Positions 41,964 through 52,054 of a stretch of DNA of 64,000 nucleotides are shown one piece after another. A program made the translations under genes and the position numbers. The stretch is taken from contig JBIICI010000001.1 in NCBI GenBank assembly GCA_044238935.1, forward strand, positions 68,441 through 132,440, in the 5' to 3' direction. Source of the stretch: Gemmobacter sp. (GTDB lineage: Bacteria; Pseudomonadota; Alphaproteobacteria; Micavibrionales; Micavibrionaceae). Below the pieces are notes generated by a model. That model saw only the letters and a program-made list of their open reading frames with translations. It did not search any database and was not told the DNA's origin. How positions within the stretch are numbered: the first letter of the stretch is position 1; the number at the start of each line of letters is the position of its first letter.

Positions 41964-43307
41964 CTATAAAAAAACATCAAATAATAATTTTAAATTTAAT
42001 CCAATAATTACAAAAGCGCATATAAACCCCAGCGCTTTTATCCAAAATGGATTTGCGAATTCGTGCATTTTTGCTTTTTCATTGGTAAAACGCAATAACG
42101 GCCAAATTGCAAATCCTAATTGCATGCTTAATACAACTTGGCTGGCGATAAGCAATTGGGTAATTTTGTCTTCACCAAAAAATCCAATGACAATGACCGC
42201 AGGAATAATCGCAATACAGCGTGTGATAAAACGTCGTAACCATGCAGGGATTTTGAAATTTAAAAATCCTTCCATCACAATTTGCCCTGCTAATGTCCCT
42301 GTTAGCGTAGAATTTTGACCAGAGGCCAATAAGGCCACAGCAAAAATAGTGCTGGCAAGGCCTGCCCCTAATAAAGGGGTAAGAAGTTTATGCGCATCTT
42401 GGATATCCACAATATCTTTGTACCCAGACCAATGAAAGGCGGCGGCAGATAAAATCAAAATAGACGCATTAATGAATAAAGCAAACATCAATGCGATGGT
42501 TGAATCCAATGTTGCAAACTTAATGGCTTCCTTCTTGCCCTCTTTTGTCTGTTTAAAAGCACGTGTTTGCACAATAGATGAATGTAAATATAAATTATGC
42601 GGCATAACTGTTGCACCCAAAATCCCAATCGCAACATAGAGCATTTCAGGATTATGCAAGATTTCTAAATTCGGAATAAAGCCCGATGCAATGGCGTTTA
42701 TATCAGGTTTGGCAAAGATTAATTCAACAACGAAACATCCTGCAATCATTAAAATTAAGCCTAAGACCAAGATTTCAATATAGCGAAATCCTTTTTTTTG
42801 TAAGTACAAAATTACAAAAACATCCAATGATGTTAAAACACAGCCCCAAAGTAAGGGTAGGCCAAATAATAATTTTAAACCAATTGCAGAACCAATCAAT
42901 TCCGCCAGATCACAAGCAATAATCGCAAGTTCACACAGCATCCACAAAAACCAAACAATCGGTTTGGGATAATGATCGCGACAGGCTTGCGCCAAATCAC
43001 GACCTGTGACAATCCCCAATTTTATGCATAAATGTTGTAAAAGAATGGCAATTAAATTTGAAATTAAAATCACGAATAAAAGATTATATCCAAATTGTGC
43101 CCCCCCTGCTAAATCCGTTGCCCAATTCCCCGGATCCATATATCCCACTGCAACCAATAATCCGGGGCCTGCAAAGGCCAGCATTTTTCTAAAAAATGTT
43201 GCGCCATCAGGAACAGGAACGGAGGCATAAACTTCTGATAAGGAATTTTCGCCCTTTTCATGGCGCCATGCTTTTTTAGATAGCGTATCAGAATGCTGAT
43301 CATTCAT
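41964..43307 (-). CDS. mntH: Nramp-family divalent metal (Mn2+/Fe2+) transporter MntH
   Basis: 447 aa with signature ..GYMDPGNWATDLAGGAQFGYNLL.. and a polytopic profile. Confidence 0.92.
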   Translation of the reverse strand: MNDQHSDTLSKKAWRHEKGENSLSEVYASVPVPDGATFFRKMLAFAGPGLLVAVGYMDPGNWATDLAGGAQFGYNLLFVILISNLIAILLQHLCIKLGIVTGRDLAQACRDHYPKPIVWFLWMLCELAIIACDLAELIGSAIGLKLLFGLPLLWGCVLTSLDVFVILYLQKKGFRYIEILVLGLILMIAGCFVVELIFAKPDINAIASGFIPNLEILHNPEMLYVAIGILGATVMPHNLYLHSSIVQTRAFKQTKEGKKEAIKFATLDSTIALMFALFINASILILSAAAFHWSGYKDIVDIQDAHKLLTPLLGAGLASTIFAVALLASGQNSTLTGTLAGQIVMEGFLNFKIPAWLRRFITRCIAIIPAVIVIGFFGEDKITQLLIASQVVLSMQLGFAIWPLLRFTNEKAKMHEFANPFWIKALGFICAFVIIGLNLKLLFDVFL

Positions 43308-43504
43308 AAATTTAGGTTCCTGAGATTTAAGATCTGATTTCGGATTGGATGTGTTTTAATATAGCATAGACATAAATATTTCCAATGACCATTGTAATAT
43401 AGAGATAGAATGGGTTTATTTTGCTTTTCCCCTCTTGCCGATATATACGAATAATGCTAAATCTTAACCATACAGAATTAACCCACCCTATAAGGACATG
43501 ATCC

Positions 43505-44707
43505 ATGAATATCCATGAATATCAGGCAAAAGAACTCTTGAAACACTATGGCGTTGCTGTTCCCGTTGGCTATCCTGCCCTAACGGTTGATGAGGCCGTG
43601 GCCGCTGCCCAAAAACTAACAACCCCTGTTTTTGTGGTGAAATCCCAAATTCATGCAGGCGGTCGTGGGGCAGGGCATTTTAAAAATAATCCCACAGGCA
43701 AAGGCGGTGTTCGCGTTGTTAAATCAGTTGATGAAGTCAAAGCTGCCGCCCAAGAGATGTTAAACCAAATCTTGGTGACCAAACAAACAGGGGCTGAGGG
43801 CAAAGAAGTTCAGCGTTTATATATCGAAGAAGGCTGTAACATTGCCCGTGAACTCTATTGCGGTATTTTACTGGATCGCGCCACATCGCGCGTGACCTTT
43901 ATGGTTTCCACCGAAGGCGGTATGGATATTGAAGAGGTCGCCCATCACCACCCTGAAAAAATTATCAAGGTTGCTATTGATCCTGCCACAGGGATGCAAG
44001 CCTTTCATGCGCGCAAATTAGGCTTTGCTTTGGGATTATCCGAACAAGCCATGAAAAAATCTGTCAAATTTATGTTGGCGATGTATAAAGCCTTTGTGGA
44101 TTTAGATGTGTCTATCTTGGAAGTCAACCCGTTGGTGATTACCGCAGATGAAGATGTCATTGCCCTTGATGCAAAGATGAATTTTGATGATAATGCTTTG
44201 TTCCGTCATCCCAATGTTTTGGCACTGCGTGATATTACAGAAGAAGATGAAAATGAGCGCGAGGCCACAGATAACGAATTATCCTATGTGCGTTTAGACG
44301 GCAATATTGGCTGTATGGTCAATGGCGCAGGCTTGGCGATGGCAACGATGGATATTATTAAACTCAGCGGCGGCGAGCCTGCAAACTTCTTGGATGTTGG
44401 CGGCGGCGCCACCAAAGAACGCGTGACAAAAGCCTTTAAAATTATTCTATCTGATCCCAACGTAAAGGGCATTTTGGTGAATATTTTCGGCGGCATTATG
44501 CGCTGTGATATTATTGCTGAGGGCGTCATTGCTGCTGCGAAAGAAGTGTCCTTAAACGTCCCCTTAGTCGTCAGATTGGAAGGCACAAATGTGGAATTGG
44601 GTAAAGAAATTTTAGCCAAATCAGGCCTACCGATTGTCTCTGCGGATAATTTGGCGGATGCAGCGGTTAAGGTTGTGGCAGCAACAAAACAGGCCATGGC
44701 GGCGTAA
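43505..44707 (+). CDS. sucC: Succinate--CoA ligase (ADP-forming) subunit beta
   Basis: 400 aa with N-terminus [12 protein letters not shown] and ..[18 protein letters not shown].. Confidence 0.97.
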   Translation: MNIHEYQAKELLKHYGVAVPVGYPALTVDEAVAAAQKLTTPVFVVKSQIHAGGRGAGHFKNNPTGKGGVRVVKSVDEVKAAAQEMLNQILVTKQTGAEGKEVQRLYIEEGCNIARELYCGILLDRATSRVTFMVSTEGGMDIEEVAHHHPEKIIKVAIDPATGMQAFHARKLGFALGLSEQAMKKSVKFMLAMYKAFVDLDVSILEVNPLVITADEDVIALDAKMNFDDNALFRHPNVLALRDITEEDENEREATDNELSYVRLDGNIGCMVNGAGLAMATMDIIKLSGGEPANFLDVGGGATKERVTKAFKIILSDPNVKGILVNIFGGIMRCDIIAEGVIAAAKEVSLNVPLVVRLEGTNVELGKEILAKSGLPIVSADNLADAAVKVVAATKQAMAA

Positions 44708-44721
44708 AATAGGATTATGAA

Positions 44722-46416
44722 GTGGATCAATCTGCATTAAAAAATCTCCTTCATCAACTTATCGCAAAAGGCGAAAATGAAACGGTTGATTTTAAGAGAA
44801 CAGCCGATACAGATAAGATTGGTCGTTATTTTTCGGCACTTTCTAATGAAGCTAATCTTCAAAATCTTGATACAGCTTGGTTAATTTTGGGGGTTGATGA
44901 TAAAAGTCGTGATCTAATCGGATGTTCGGCTTATCTTGATAATGAGAGTCGTACAGAGCTTAAGAAAAAAATTGCACAAAACTTATCACCACCTTCTATG
45001 AATTTCAGGAATATCCACATTCTTGAAATAGATCAAAAAAAGATCATTTTGCTCTTTGAGATTCCACCTGCTCCTCTTGGCATCCCTGTATTTTGGAAAA
45101 AAGTTGCATATGCGCGTAGTGGCGATAGTATTGATAATCTTTCAATAGGCAAGCAGGATCAAATTCGAAACCAAGAACCAATAGATTGGTCATCTGAAAT
45201 TGTACCTGAGGCAACATTAGAAGATTTAGATGAAGAAGCCGTACAAAAAGCACGACACATTTTCGCTCAGAAAAACCCTAATTTTAATGATAATGATGTA
45301 AAAGATTGGGCAACTCAGATTTTCTTGGATCGTGCCCATCTTACGCGTCAAGGAAAAATCACAAAATCAACTTTACTATTATTGGGAAAAGCAGAATCAT
45401 CATCTTTGCTTTCTCCGCATCCTGCACGAATAACATGGAAATTGGAAGATCACATTCCAGATTATGCACATTTTGATCCTCCGTTTCTTTTATCTGTTGC
45501 TAAACTCTATCAAAAGATCCGTAATCGCCAAATCAGTCTTTTACCAAGAAACCAGCTTTTATCCGTTCAGATACAGCAATATGACCAAAAAGTTATATTA
45601 GAAGCTCTTAATAATTGTATCGCGCATCAGGATTACAGAAAAAATGCTCGTATTATCGTTCATGAAAAACCAGATAAACTGATTTTTATAAATTCTGGAT
45701 CGTTTTTTGATCGACACCCTAATGATTACATAGAGGGAGATTCAATTCCCCTGAAATACCGTAATTCTTTTCTAACAAAATCAATGAGTGTATTAGGGAT
45801 GATTGATACAGTCGGATACGGTATTTATCAAATCCATAAAATACAACGACAACGGCATTTACCGATGCCAGATTATGATTTATCCGAGGCTGACAAGGTT
45901 TCTTTAACAATTTATGGCAATGTAATTGATAGCGCATATAGCCAGCTTTTGATGGAAAATACAGATCTTTCACTCTTGGAAATTATCTCTCTTGATCGGC
46001 TACAGAAAAAAAGACCTATTTCTGCTGAAATGACTGCTCAACTCAAACGTAAAGGGCTTATAGAAGGAAGAAAGCCAAATTTTTATATTGCCCCTTCTAT
46101 TGCTAAAACCAAAGAAGATCGTACGCGATATATGATGGAGCGTTCGATTGATGATAATCACTATAAAAAACTTATTTTAGATTATCTAAAAAAATTCAAG
46201 GCGGCCTCAAAAAATGATTTAGACGACTTTTTAAAGCTAAAAATCAGCGATCGCTTAAATGATGCACAAAAAATAAAGAAAATCGCTAACTTATTAACTA
46301 GCCTAAGGCGTGAGGGCGTAATTTATAATAATGGCAGTAAAAAATACCCATCTTGGAAAATATCAAAAAATGATAAATTGCAGAATAAAAGAGGCGAATT
46401 GCAGAATAAAAAATGA
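44722..46416 (+). CDS. AlbA_2 (Schlafen-type) + HATPase_c_4-like putative DNA-binding regulator ('RecG-like' in many annotations)
   Basis: 564 aa with a GTG start 14 nt after the sucC stop. N-terminal pattern: ..ENETVDFKR..IGRYFSALSNEANL..AWLILGVDD..; central pattern: ..EALNNCIAHQDYRKNARIIVHEKPDKLIFINSGSF.. The C-terminus is basic, possibly a wHTH-like region. Confidence 0.62.
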   Translation: MDQSALKNLLHQLIAKGENETVDFKRTADTDKIGRYFSALSNEANLQNLDTAWLILGVDDKSRDLIGCSAYLDNESRTELKKKIAQNLSPPSMNFRNIHILEIDQKKIILLFEIPPAPLGIPVFWKKVAYARSGDSIDNLSIGKQDQIRNQEPIDWSSEIVPEATLEDLDEEAVQKARHIFAQKNPNFNDNDVKDWATQIFLDRAHLTRQGKITKSTLLLLGKAESSSLLSPHPARITWKLEDHIPDYAHFDPPFLLSVAKLYQKIRNRQISLLPRNQLLSVQIQQYDQKVILEALNNCIAHQDYRKNARIIVHEKPDKLIFINSGSFFDRHPNDYIEGDSIPLKYRNSFLTKSMSVLGMIDTVGYGIYQIHKIQRQRHLPMPDYDLSEADKVSLTIYGNVIDSAYSQLLMENTDLSLLEIISLDRLQKKRPISAEMTAQLKRKGLIEGRKPNFYIAPSIAKTKEDRTRYMMERSIDDNHYKKLILDYLKKFKAASKNDLDDFLKLKISDRLNDAQKIKKIANLLTSLRREGVIYNNGSKKYPSWKISKNDKLQNKRGELQNKK

Positions 46417-46488
46417 ATTATATCGTTGTATATCATATAGTTAAGTCTTTAAATTGCAGAATAAAAGAGGTGAATTGCAGAATAAAAA
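46375..46488 (+). repeat. Direct duplication of a 38-bp segment (1 mismatch), each copy holding two AATTGCAGAATAAAA units
   Basis: Copy 1 is 46375-46412 and overlaps the last codons of the AlbA_2 gene. Copy 2 is 46451-46488 and is intergenic. The four 15-bp units start at 46376, 46397, 46452 and 46473, with 21-bp phasing inside each copy. Confidence 0.85.
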
Positions 46489-46576
46489 CGTCTTAAGTCT
46501 TGCTCTTTTGGATTTATTCCCTTAAGTTATAAGCACATATCTTTTATATAATTTACTGCATTTAAGGATCATCATC

Positions 46577-47458
46577 ATGGCCGTTTTAGTTGGAAAAAAC
46601 ACAAAATTAATTTGCCAAGGTTTTACAGGCGCACAGGGCACGTTCCATTCTGAACAAGCCATTGCCTATGGCACGAATATGGTGGGGGGTGTAACCCCCA
46701 ATAAAGGCGGGACAAAGCATTTGAATTTGCCTGTATTCAATACAGTGCATGAGGCTGTGCATGTCACAGGCGCAAATGCAACGGTCATTTATGTACCGCC
46801 AGCCTTTGCAGCGGATGCAATTTTGGAAGCCATTGATGCCGAAATTGAACTGGCAGTTTGTATCACCGAAGGAATCCCTGCCCTTGATATGGTGCGTGTT
46901 AAACGTGCTTTGCAAGGCTCAAAAACGCGCCTTGTTGGCCCAAACTGCCCCGGTGTGATTACCCCCGGTGAATGTAAAATCGGCATTATGCCCGGTCACA
47001 TCCATAAACGCGGCAGCGTGGGCATTGTTTCCCGTTCAGGCACATTGACGTATGAGGCCGTGGCACAAACAGGCGCGGTCGGCTTGGGGCAATCCACCTG
47101 TATTGGGATTGGTGGCGATCCAGTGAACGGCACGAACTTTATTGATTGTTTGGAATTATTCCTCAATGACCCTGAAACTGAATCCATCTTAATGATCGGT
47201 GAAATCGGCGGTACTGCGGAGGAAGAAGCGGCAGAATTCTACAAAGCATCCAAGATCAAAAAACCCATCGCGGGCTTTATCGCAGGGGCAACGGCGCCTG
47301 AAGGCAAGCGTATGGGACATGCTGGTGCGATCATTTCAGGTGGACAAGGCACAGCAGAATCAAAATTTGAGGCCATGCGCCGCGCGGGATTCGTTGTTTC
47401 CAACAGCCCCGCAGGATTGGGAACAGCGGTGCTGGAAGCCATTAAAAAGGCAGCCTAG
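46577..47458 (+). CDS. sucD: Succinate--CoA ligase subunit alpha
   Basis: 293 aa with ..[35 protein letters not shown].. and the catalytic-His region ..MGHAGAII.. Confidence 0.97.
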   Translation: MAVLVGKNTKLICQGFTGAQGTFHSEQAIAYGTNMVGGVTPNKGGTKHLNLPVFNTVHEAVHVTGANATVIYVPPAFAADAILEAIDAEIELAVCITEGIPALDMVRVKRALQGSKTRLVGPNCPGVITPGECKIGIMPGHIHKRGSVGIVSRSGTLTYEAVAQTGAVGLGQSTCIGIGGDPVNGTNFIDCLELFLNDPETESILMIGEIGGTAEEEAAEFYKASKIKKPIAGFIAGATAPEGKRMGHAGAIISGGQGTAESKFEAMRRAGFVVSNSPAGLGTAVLEAIKKAA

Positions 47459-47485
47459 AGCTTTTTTAAGAAATTCTGTATCCTT

Positions 47486-47522
47486 TCGTCCTGCATTTGA
47501 AAGATTGCAGGACGATTTGTAT
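47486..47522 (+). terminator. Intrinsic terminator after sucD
   Basis: 10-bp stem TCGTCCTGCA/TGCAGGACGA (47486-47495 and 47506-47515), a 10-nt loop, then TTTGTATTT. Confidence 0.7.
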
Positions 47523-47567
47523 TTATGATATAGTCATTCCTAATAAAAAACACAGGGTATTTTTAAA

Positions 47568-48383
47568 ATGAATGATATAGCAGATCTTTTTCCCAATCGT
47601 ACAAAGATTGATGTCCATGCCTTTTTCTTAGGTCAAAGACTGAATCTAAAGAAATTGGAACAATTTCCACGCCTTACAAACTCCCCCTATGTGATTAAAG
47701 CAGGGCAAGATGGATATGCTGTTTTATTGCGTTATGGCGTGGTTGTGTTGTTTGGTTTGAACCCCATCGACCAAGCCCATTTTTTAAAATCAATTGCGGA
47801 TTTTATCATTGATCCGTTTGAAAAATATGGCACGGAAGATGCGGTTTTAACACTTGATCCCAATGTTGATCACGATATTGTACCTGATTTGATGGATTCT
47901 ATACGCTTACCATGCTGGAATTTGGAATATTTACAGCTGGTTGCTGATATTTTGGGGAAAAGCGCCGCACTGACTTATTACGAAGATAGTATGGCGTTGA
48001 CCTTTGATCGATTAGAACCCTTAACAATCAACCTAAAGGCAGGTCTTGCCCCAACGCGCCATGTGCGGAATTTACTGAAACATTTGGGCTATACGCTGGC
48101 GACACAACGGCAAATGATTGCGCATGTTGAAATTGCAGATAAACCGGACTTATTATGGGATCGCCCTAAATTAGAACGGCTCTATTTAAAGCTGGAGGAT
48201 GAATATGAAATCCAAGAACGCTATGAAAAACTCAATAAAAAATTGGATCTTATTTATCGTACCACTGAAACCATGTTAGGCGTACAGCAAGAGCGTAATT
48301 CCATGCGTGTTGAATGGTATATTGTAATTTTAATTGTCATTGAAATTTTATTACATTTAGCCGAAAAATATTTCGGTTTTTGA
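47568..48383 (+). CDS. RMD1/DUF155-family protein
   Basis: 271 aa with a soluble domain and a single C-terminal TM helix (..VEWYIVILIVIEILLHLAE..), as in DUF155 proteins. Confidence 0.55.
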   Translation: MNDIADLFPNRTKIDVHAFFLGQRLNLKKLEQFPRLTNSPYVIKAGQDGYAVLLRYGVVVLFGLNPIDQAHFLKSIADFIIDPFEKYGTEDAVLTLDPNVDHDIVPDLMDSIRLPCWNLEYLQLVADILGKSAALTYYEDSMALTFDRLEPLTINLKAGLAPTRHVRNLLKHLGYTLATQRQMIAHVEIADKPDLLWDRPKLERLYLKLEDEYEIQERYEKLNKKLDLIYRTTETMLGVQQERNSMRVEWYIVILIVIEILLHLAEKYFGF

Positions 48384-48437
48384 TTTTATCGATTGTCATG
48401 CTGTTTTTATCGGTCAGTATATGATAAAATCAAACGC

Positions 48438-49778
48438 ATGAAACGTATCGCCGAACATATTGCTGCTCATACAAGATTGATTCCCGACTATGAAAGCTGG
48501 GCTGAGGTCACAAAGATTTTGGGGTTGACCATTGAAATTACAGGTTTCGGACGCTCTCTTTCTATTGGTTCTCATGTTCATTTAATGCCTGAAAACCGTC
48601 CGAAGGTGACATGCGAAGTCACAGGATTTCGAGAAAATCACGCGATTTTATTGCCCTTTGGATCATTGCAAGGGATTGGTTTAGGCTGCCGTGCCTTTAT
48701 TCAACAGACCCCTCCCACCATTGCACCGTCGCATCAATGGTTGGGGCGTGTTATCAATGCAATGGGGCAACCTATTGATGGATTGGGGGCTTTGGCATCG
48801 GGTGAAAATCCTGTTCCGTTGCGCTCACCGCCGCCCCCTGCAAATGAAAGACAGCGAATCGGAGGGGTTTTAGACTTGGGCGTCCGCAGTGTCAATAATT
48901 TTCTATCAACTTGCCAAGGGCAGCGTATGGGGATTTTCGCAGGATCAGGTGTTGGAAAATCCGTTTTATTATCCATGATGGCACGTTATACACATGCTGA
49001 TGTCGCTGTGATTGGATTGATTGGTGAACGTGGCCGCGAAGTGCAAGAATTTATTGAAGATGATTTGGGCGAAGAGGGGTTGAAACGATCTGTTGTCATT
49101 GTTGCCACAGGGGATGAACCTGCCCTTATGCGGAAACAGGCGGCTTATGCCACGATGGCTGTTGCGGAGTATTTTCGGGATCAGGGGCAAAATGTTTTAT
49201 GCATGATGGATTCCGTGACACGTTTTGCCATGGCACAACGGGAAATTGGTCTGTCTGCCGGTGAGCCCCCAACGTCAAAAGGCTACCCTCCCACAACATT
49301 TGGGGAATTGGCGCAATTATTAGAACGTGCAGGCCCCGGTAAGCGCGGCATGGGCAATATTACCGCGATTTTTTCTGTCCTTGTGGAGGGGGATGATCAT
49401 AATGAACCCATTGCGGACGCTGTTCGTGGGATTATTGATGGTCATATTGTGATGGAACGTCAAATTGCAGATCGGGGGCGCTATCCTGCCATTAATATCT
49501 TGAAATCCGTATCACGGGCTTTGCCGCGGGCTTTGAATGACACTCAAAATGCCCTGATCCGCCGTGCGAAACAAATTTTGTCCACCTATGAGGATATGGC
49601 GGAACTGATTCGCTTAGGCGCTTATCGTAAGGGCACAGATCCTAAGGTCGATGAATCAATTGATCTCTATCCTAAATTAGAAGAATTCCTGACCCAAAAT
49701 AAAGACGACCAAACCACCATCGAAGACGGGTTCAAAAAATTAGCACAGATTTTGAACATGCCCTATGAGCGTGCATAA
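48438..49778 (+). CDS. fliI: Flagellum-specific ATP synthase FliI
   Basis: Start moved to the ATG at 48438 (MKRIAEHI..). Walker A GIFAGSGVGKSVLL, Walker B ..VLCMMDSVTRFA.., T3SS-ATPase-like throughout. Confidence 0.9.
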   Translation: MKRIAEHIAAHTRLIPDYESWAEVTKILGLTIEITGFGRSLSIGSHVHLMPENRPKVTCEVTGFRENHAILLPFGSLQGIGLGCRAFIQQTPPTIAPSHQWLGRVINAMGQPIDGLGALASGENPVPLRSPPPPANERQRIGGVLDLGVRSVNNFLSTCQGQRMGIFAGSGVGKSVLLSMMARYTHADVAVIGLIGERGREVQEFIEDDLGEEGLKRSVVIVATGDEPALMRKQAAYATMAVAEYFRDQGQNVLCMMDSVTRFAMAQREIGLSAGEPPTSKGYPPTTFGELAQLLERAGPGKRGMGNITAIFSVLVEGDDHNEPIADAVRGIIDGHIVMERQIADRGRYPAINILKSVSRALPRALNDTQNALIRRAKQILSTYEDMAELIRLGAYRKGTDPKVDESIDLYPKLEEFLTQNKDDQTTIEDGFKKLAQILNMPYERA

Positions 49779-49781
49779 TCA

Positions 49782-50060
49782 TTAATATGTGGGTATAAAT
49801 GATCCGTTGCTTTTTAGGTGAGGACGTATTCTTTGATCAAAATCAGACAAATCTAAAGATTCTTTGTTGTCTTCAATTTTCTGTTGTGTATTAAGCCCCA
49901 TATAGCATGTCAAAATATTCACATCCTCAAATTGCATAAGTGCGTTAAAGGTGGATGCAATATTATCCTGACCTTCTGCATTTAAAAATTTTCCGACTAA
50001 AATCGCGGCGTTTGTTGGCAATTCTTGTAGTTTTTTTTCATATTTTGCGGCGTTAAACAT
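49782..50060 (-). CDS. Hypothetical protein
   Basis: 92-aa ORF convergent with fliI (3-nt spacer between the stops). No recognisable motif. Confidence 0.3.
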   Translation of the reverse strand: MFNAAKYEKKLQELPTNAAILVGKFLNAEGQDNIASTFNALMQFEDVNILTCYMGLNTQQKIEDNKESLDLSDFDQRIRPHLKSNGSFIPTY

Positions 50061-50129
50061 TTACAGTCTCCCATGATTATTCGTTAGGGTATAAATTTAT
50101 CTGTAAATATAAACCGAATCAAGTGTTTT

Positions 50130-51041
50130 TTAAAAAAGTTGTAAAATCATACAACGTGCGGAACCGCCGCCATGTTTTTCGATTGTATCTAAAGGTGCAG
50201 AAACAATATTATCAATATATAATTTCAGCGTGTCTTTTTGAGGCAATGTTAGGGATTGTTCAGCCTGTTGGGACATTACCAATAATCGTGCACCCTGTGC
50301 ATTTTCAATTTCTAATGCATTCCCACAAAAAGATAGAATTTGATCCATGCTCAGGTCAATAATGATATGGGTTTGCGATAGGCGACCAATAACGCGCTCA
50401 CGATCATCGGGGGCAATTGATTCCGTACATAGCCCCGCATATCCTGTGCCAATATACATGATAACATTCGTATGATAAACCTGCCCACCTGTGTGATCAT
50501 AGGCAGAAAAAGCAATGGTTTCATATCCATAGACTTCCCCCCATTGCGCAAATAAACGCGCATCCAGTCGGGGGGATATACAGCCATAGGCAACACGGTG
50601 AATATGATCAATAATAATCGTGCCCGTGCTTTCTAGGATCTGTCCCTGTTGTTCATAGGTCGATAGATCACCAATGATTTGGTAACGACGATTTAACCAG
50701 TCAATAATAGCAGGACGACGTTCCAAACGACGATTTTCTGCCATCATGGGATATAAAATATACCCGTGATTTATGGGATCATCATGGGTCGATACCCAAT
50801 TATTGGGGAATAAATCATCAGGGCTGTCGGCTTGACCTAAAAAAGTTGTCACATTCGCGCCTGCATTGACCAATGCATCACGGAAATTCCGGAATTCTTG
50901 TCTAGCTTGCTGCTGAATCTTGATAATATCGGCATCATGAACATGATGTTGATAATGATTGCTGGCGGCTGTTTGGGGATTGCAGCCAAAGGCAACGGGT
51001 TCGATCATCAGCAAATCACTGGTGGACTGACGAACGCGCAT
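50130..51041 (-). CDS. Amidinotransferase/arginine-deiminase-superfamily protein (CtlX-like)
   Basis: 303 aa. The C-terminal catalytic-Cys motif ..HGGGSARCMILQLF is typical of the guanidino-group-modifying enzyme fold. Confidence 0.5.
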   Translation of the reverse strand: MRVRQSTSDLLMIEPVAFGCNPQTAASNHYQHHVHDADIIKIQQQARQEFRNFRDALVNAGANVTTFLGQADSPDDLFPNNWVSTHDDPINHGYILYPMMAENRRLERRPAIIDWLNRRYQIIGDLSTYEQQGQILESTGTIIIDHIHRVAYGCISPRLDARLFAQWGEVYGYETIAFSAYDHTGGQVYHTNVIMYIGTGYAGLCTESIAPDDRERVIGRLSQTHIIIDLSMDQILSFCGNALEIENAQGARLLVMSQQAEQSLTLPQKDTLKLYIDNIVSAPLDTIEKHGGGSARCMILQLF

Positions 51042-51046
51042 CGTTT

Positions 51047-52000
51047 TTATGCCACCATGCGTGATGAGCTATGGCTGCGGTTAAACCATTGATAGGTTTG
51101 ATTGAGCCCTTCGGATAAACCAATTTGTGGCATCCATCCTAAGGCACGAATGCGTGATGAATCCATCAATTTTTGTGCTGTGCCATCGGGTTTGGAACGG
51201 TCAAATTTCAAAACGCCTTGATAGCCAACAACCGCTTTGATCAATGCGGCTAAATCACCGATTGGTAAATCATATCCTGCACCAATATTAAGCGGTGCAG
51301 CATCATCATATTTCAACAAAGCCAAATGCACCGCATCCGCCAAATCATCCACATGTAAAAATTCACGACGTGGAACGCCGCTGCCCCAGATTAAAACTTC
51401 TTTTTCGCCACTATGCATGGCTTTGTGCATATTTAACATCATAGCAGGGATCACATGGCTGCGTTCTGATTCGAAACGGTCATATTGACCATATAAATTA
51501 CAGGGCATCACGGATATAAAATTGCAATTATGTTGGGCACGATAGGCTTGGCAGAGTTTAATGCCTGCAATTTTGGCAATTGCATAGGCCTCATTTGTTG
51601 GCTCAAGTGCTCCTGTCAATAATGAATCTTCGGTGATTGGATTGACAGCATTTTTAGGATAAATACAGGATGATCCCAAATACACTAATTTTTCAACCCC
51701 CATATGATGGGCATTATCGATGATATTTTGGGCGATGGCTAAATTATCAAACAAATATTGTGCAGGGTATAGTTGATTATCCAAAATACCCCCCACACGC
51801 CCTGCGGCCATCAAGATAATATCGGGCTTATGATCTTGCATCCACGCCTTTACAGCGGTTTGATCACGCAAATCAAGTTTTGATTTTGATACCGTCAAAA
51901 GTTCAACATCTTCACGCATAAAACGGCGGCACAATGCTTGCCCCACCATACCATGGTGACCTGCAATCCAGATTTTTTTACCTTTAATGAGGAGGCTCAT
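51047..52000 (-). CDS. fcl: GDP-L-fucose synthase
   Basis: 317 aa with Rossmann N-terminus IWIAGHHGMVGQAL, catalytic YAIAK, and a position next to gmd. Confidence 0.9.
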   Translation of the reverse strand: MSLLIKGKKIWIAGHHGMVGQALCRRFMREDVELLTVSKSKLDLRDQTAVKAWMQDHKPDIILMAAGRVGGILDNQLYPAQYLFDNLAIAQNIIDNAHHMGVEKLVYLGSSCIYPKNAVNPITEDSLLTGALEPTNEAYAIAKIAGIKLCQAYRAQHNCNFISVMPCNLYGQYDRFESERSHVIPAMMLNMHKAMHSGEKEVLIWGSGVPRREFLHVDDLADAVHLALLKYDDAAPLNIGAGYDLPIGDLAALIKAVVGYQGVLKFDRSKPDGTAQKLMDSSRIRALGWMPQIGLSEGLNQTYQWFNRSHSSSRMVA

Positions 52001-52054
52001 AGACTTAAAAGAGAACCTTTTTTTGAGTGTATTTCAGAATGAAGCAAGAATAAG

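Noticed and set aside
43308-43504. Mn-responsive riboswitch or Mur/MntR operator upstream of mntH
   Set aside because: I could not find a convincing palindromic operator or the conserved yybP-ykoY helices by eye. The spacer is simply AT-rich and is shared with the sucC promoter.
46375-46488. Possible CRISPR array or IS terminal repeats
   Set aside because: There are only two copies of a 38-bp direct repeat, one of them inside a CDS. No cas genes, transposase or inverted termini are present. I report it as a repeat or scar instead.
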